From positions 100,194,001 to 100,258,000 of the forward strand of contig NC_086108.1 in assembly GCF_963921235.1 (NCBI RefSeq): 64,000 nt of DNA, written 5' to 3'. A program made the position numbers and the translations under genes. Below, piece by piece: positions 61,681 through 64,000 of the stretch. Below the pieces are notes generated by a model that was not told the origin of the DNA, did no database searches, and was given only the letters and a program-made list of their open reading frames with translations. Source of the stretch: Mobula hypostoma. Taxonomy: Eukaryota. How positions within the stretch are numbered: the stretch's first letter is position 1; each line of letters begins with the position of its first letter.

Positions 61681-63629
61681 TCAATATAACATTTCCCTCC
61701 TACATCACGCTCCATTTTTCTTTCACCTGTGTACCTATCTAAGAATCTCTTAAGTATTCTTAATGTACTTGGCTCTACCAACACCCTCGCCATATGTTCC
61801 ACTCACCTACAACTTTCTGTGTAAAAAAACCTCAGACATTCCCCCCTCCAAAATACTTCTCTCCAATCACCTTAAAATGATGCCCCACTTTCCAAAGACA
61901 TACAAGTTGTTAGGCTAATTGGCCACAGTAAATTACCCCTATTGTGTATGCTAATTGGCCACCTTAAGCAACCCACACTTTGGAGGCTAATTGACCACTG
62001 TAAGTTACCACTGTTTGATTGGATCTAAAGGAGTTGATGAGAATGTCGATTTAGGGCAAATGGGTGGCTGATAGTTGGCATGGAAATAGTGGCCAGAATG
62101 GCCTGTCTCTGTACTGTAGAGTTGGAGAGGGGAAAGCAAGAGCCCAGAGAGTGGGTGGGTGTGGACGTGTGGCGAGCTAGCATTAGTTGTAAGACTCCAC
62201 TCATCAGTAAACAGAACATTAACAAACATGCATTTATTTAGCACCTACAACACCGCAGTGGAGCAGGAATAATTTCTGCTGGCTCACAACCCTAACGTCT
62301 GGGGTTTGATTCCGGCCTGTGGTGCTGACCATGAGGTCTGCACCTTCATCTGCAAACCGCCTGGGTCTCCCCTGGGTGCTCCTGAGTCTTAACGATGAGT
62401 GGACCAAATGACATAGAAGCAGAATTAGGCCATCCAGTCCAATGAAACTGCTCCGCCAGATGCAGTTGGTTAATTGATCACCGTATATGACTTGTTGTGA
62501 GACAGAGGAATCATGTGTATTGAATGGGGAAGTTAGACAGAACAGGTTACAGTAAGTTAATAAAGGAATAAGATTAACAGGATTGCTTTTACGGCCAGCA
62601 GGACTGGAAGGGCTCATGTTGTGAGGAACACGAAACAAATGCAGAAATATTCAGAGGTATTTCAGAGGAGCAATAAAAACAGTGTTGGATATCAAGACAT
62701 TAGAGCAGAAGATGAAAAGCATGGTCAATGAGGCAGACAATCACAGGGAAGGAAAGGGAAGGGAAGGTTCTCCCAAGGAAATTCCTGAGCAACCAAGAAT
62801 GATGACGAATCCAGAGGACCATCTGTCCAGGACATGCAGACCTATATTGGCATGTTCTTCTCTCTTTACCCTTCCACTCCTTTCCTTTCACCCAGTGACT
62901 CAGACTCCATTCTCCACAAATCTGAAAGTTTCACCCTCCCCCCCAACAATAATGCCAACTTCCACTCATCCAAAGAATGAATTCCTCTCCATATGGGAAC
63001 CCCTCATTAGCCTGACAAGCCTGTCTTTACTGCACACTTTCCATTCCTTTCCTACCGATTCCTTATCCAGTTATCTGTGGTCCTAGTGATTGCCAACACT
63101 CCTGCCAATGGAAACAGTTCCTCCTTAATTACTCTGCTAACCTCCTTCACGTTTTGAATACCTCTACAAAGTCTCCCTCTGCCCATTTCTGCTGGAAGAA
63201 TAACGACCCGTTTTTGGCATCCAGTTGAAGTGCCTCATTCTCTGCAGGGAGCAGCGGACACAGATCAGCACATCACAGAAACCAGCTCCCCAGCATGGAC
63301 TCTATACTCCTCACTGCCTCGGTAAAGTAGCCAGCACAATCAGAGACCCCACTCAACCAGGGTATTCTCTCCTCCCACTGTTACTGGGCAGAAGATATAA
63401 AAGCCTGAAACCATGTACCACGAGGCTCAAGAATAGCTTCTACCCCACAGTTATAAGATGATTAAGTAATTCCCTAAAATGGTACACCCTTGACCTCACT
63501 ATCCACCTCATTATGATCCTGCATCTTATTATTTACTTGACCTGCACCTTGAATAGAACATAGAACATTGCAACACAGTACAGGCCCTTTGGCCCACAAC
63601 GTTGCACCGGGCTTTCAATCTACTCTTAA

Positions 63630-64000
63630 GATGTACAGCACTCACTGGAATTCAGAAGAATGAAGGGTGGCCTCATTGAAACCTATCAAATGTTGTAAGG
63701 CCTCGATAGAGTGGGTGTGGCGTCAAAGACCAGAGGACACAGCCTCAGAATAGAGGGGCGTCCTTTGAGGACAGTGATGAGGAGGAATTTCTGCAGCCAG
63801 GGAGTGAAGAATCTGTGGAATTCAATGCCACAGGCAGCTGTGGAGGCCAAGTCATTTGGTGTATTTAAGAAGGTTGATAATCAGGACGTGAAGGGATATG
63901 GGGAGAGGCTGAAGATTGGGGCTGAGAGGGAAAATGGATCAGTCATGATGAAATAGCAGAGCAGACTCAATGGGCCAAATGGCCTAATTCTGCTCTTATA
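63630..64000 (+). mobile_element. CR1 3' fragment
   Basis: SKTRGHSLRIEGRP...NLWNSMPQ; 3' stem-loop GGCCAAATGGCC. Confidence 0.85.

Noticed and set aside
1..64000. CRISPR arrays or prokaryotic RT systems (retrons, DGRs)
   Set aside because: All RTs are eukaryotic non-LTR or Penelope types, and no repeat-spacer array is seen

Overview
Eukaryotic, almost entirely repeat-derived DNA with no host exon, tRNA or rRNA gene that I can support. The repeat mix (CR1 LINEs, HE1/V-type SINEs, Rex1/Babar LINEs, Neptune-type Penelope elements) suggests a cartilaginous fish, probably a ray; that is inference. The window contains several young 5'-truncated CR1 LINEs with long RT ORFs, Rex1/Babar fragments and a degraded ~5.5 kb RTE LINE with nested insertions. 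It also holds a hAT element containing a Tigger and Penelope pieces, a mariner MITE, solo LTRs and a degraded endogenous retrovirus-like element (tRNA-Pro PBS, CCHC gag, protease). The most notable signals are RNA-structural. A ~560 bp non-coding, TSD-flanked retroposon (39793-40354) begins with a predicted HDV-like self-cleaving ribozyme fold. Several Penelope terminal repeats carry minimal hammerhead ribozyme motifs. All alignments and folds were done by eye, and the boundaries of old fragments are approximate.
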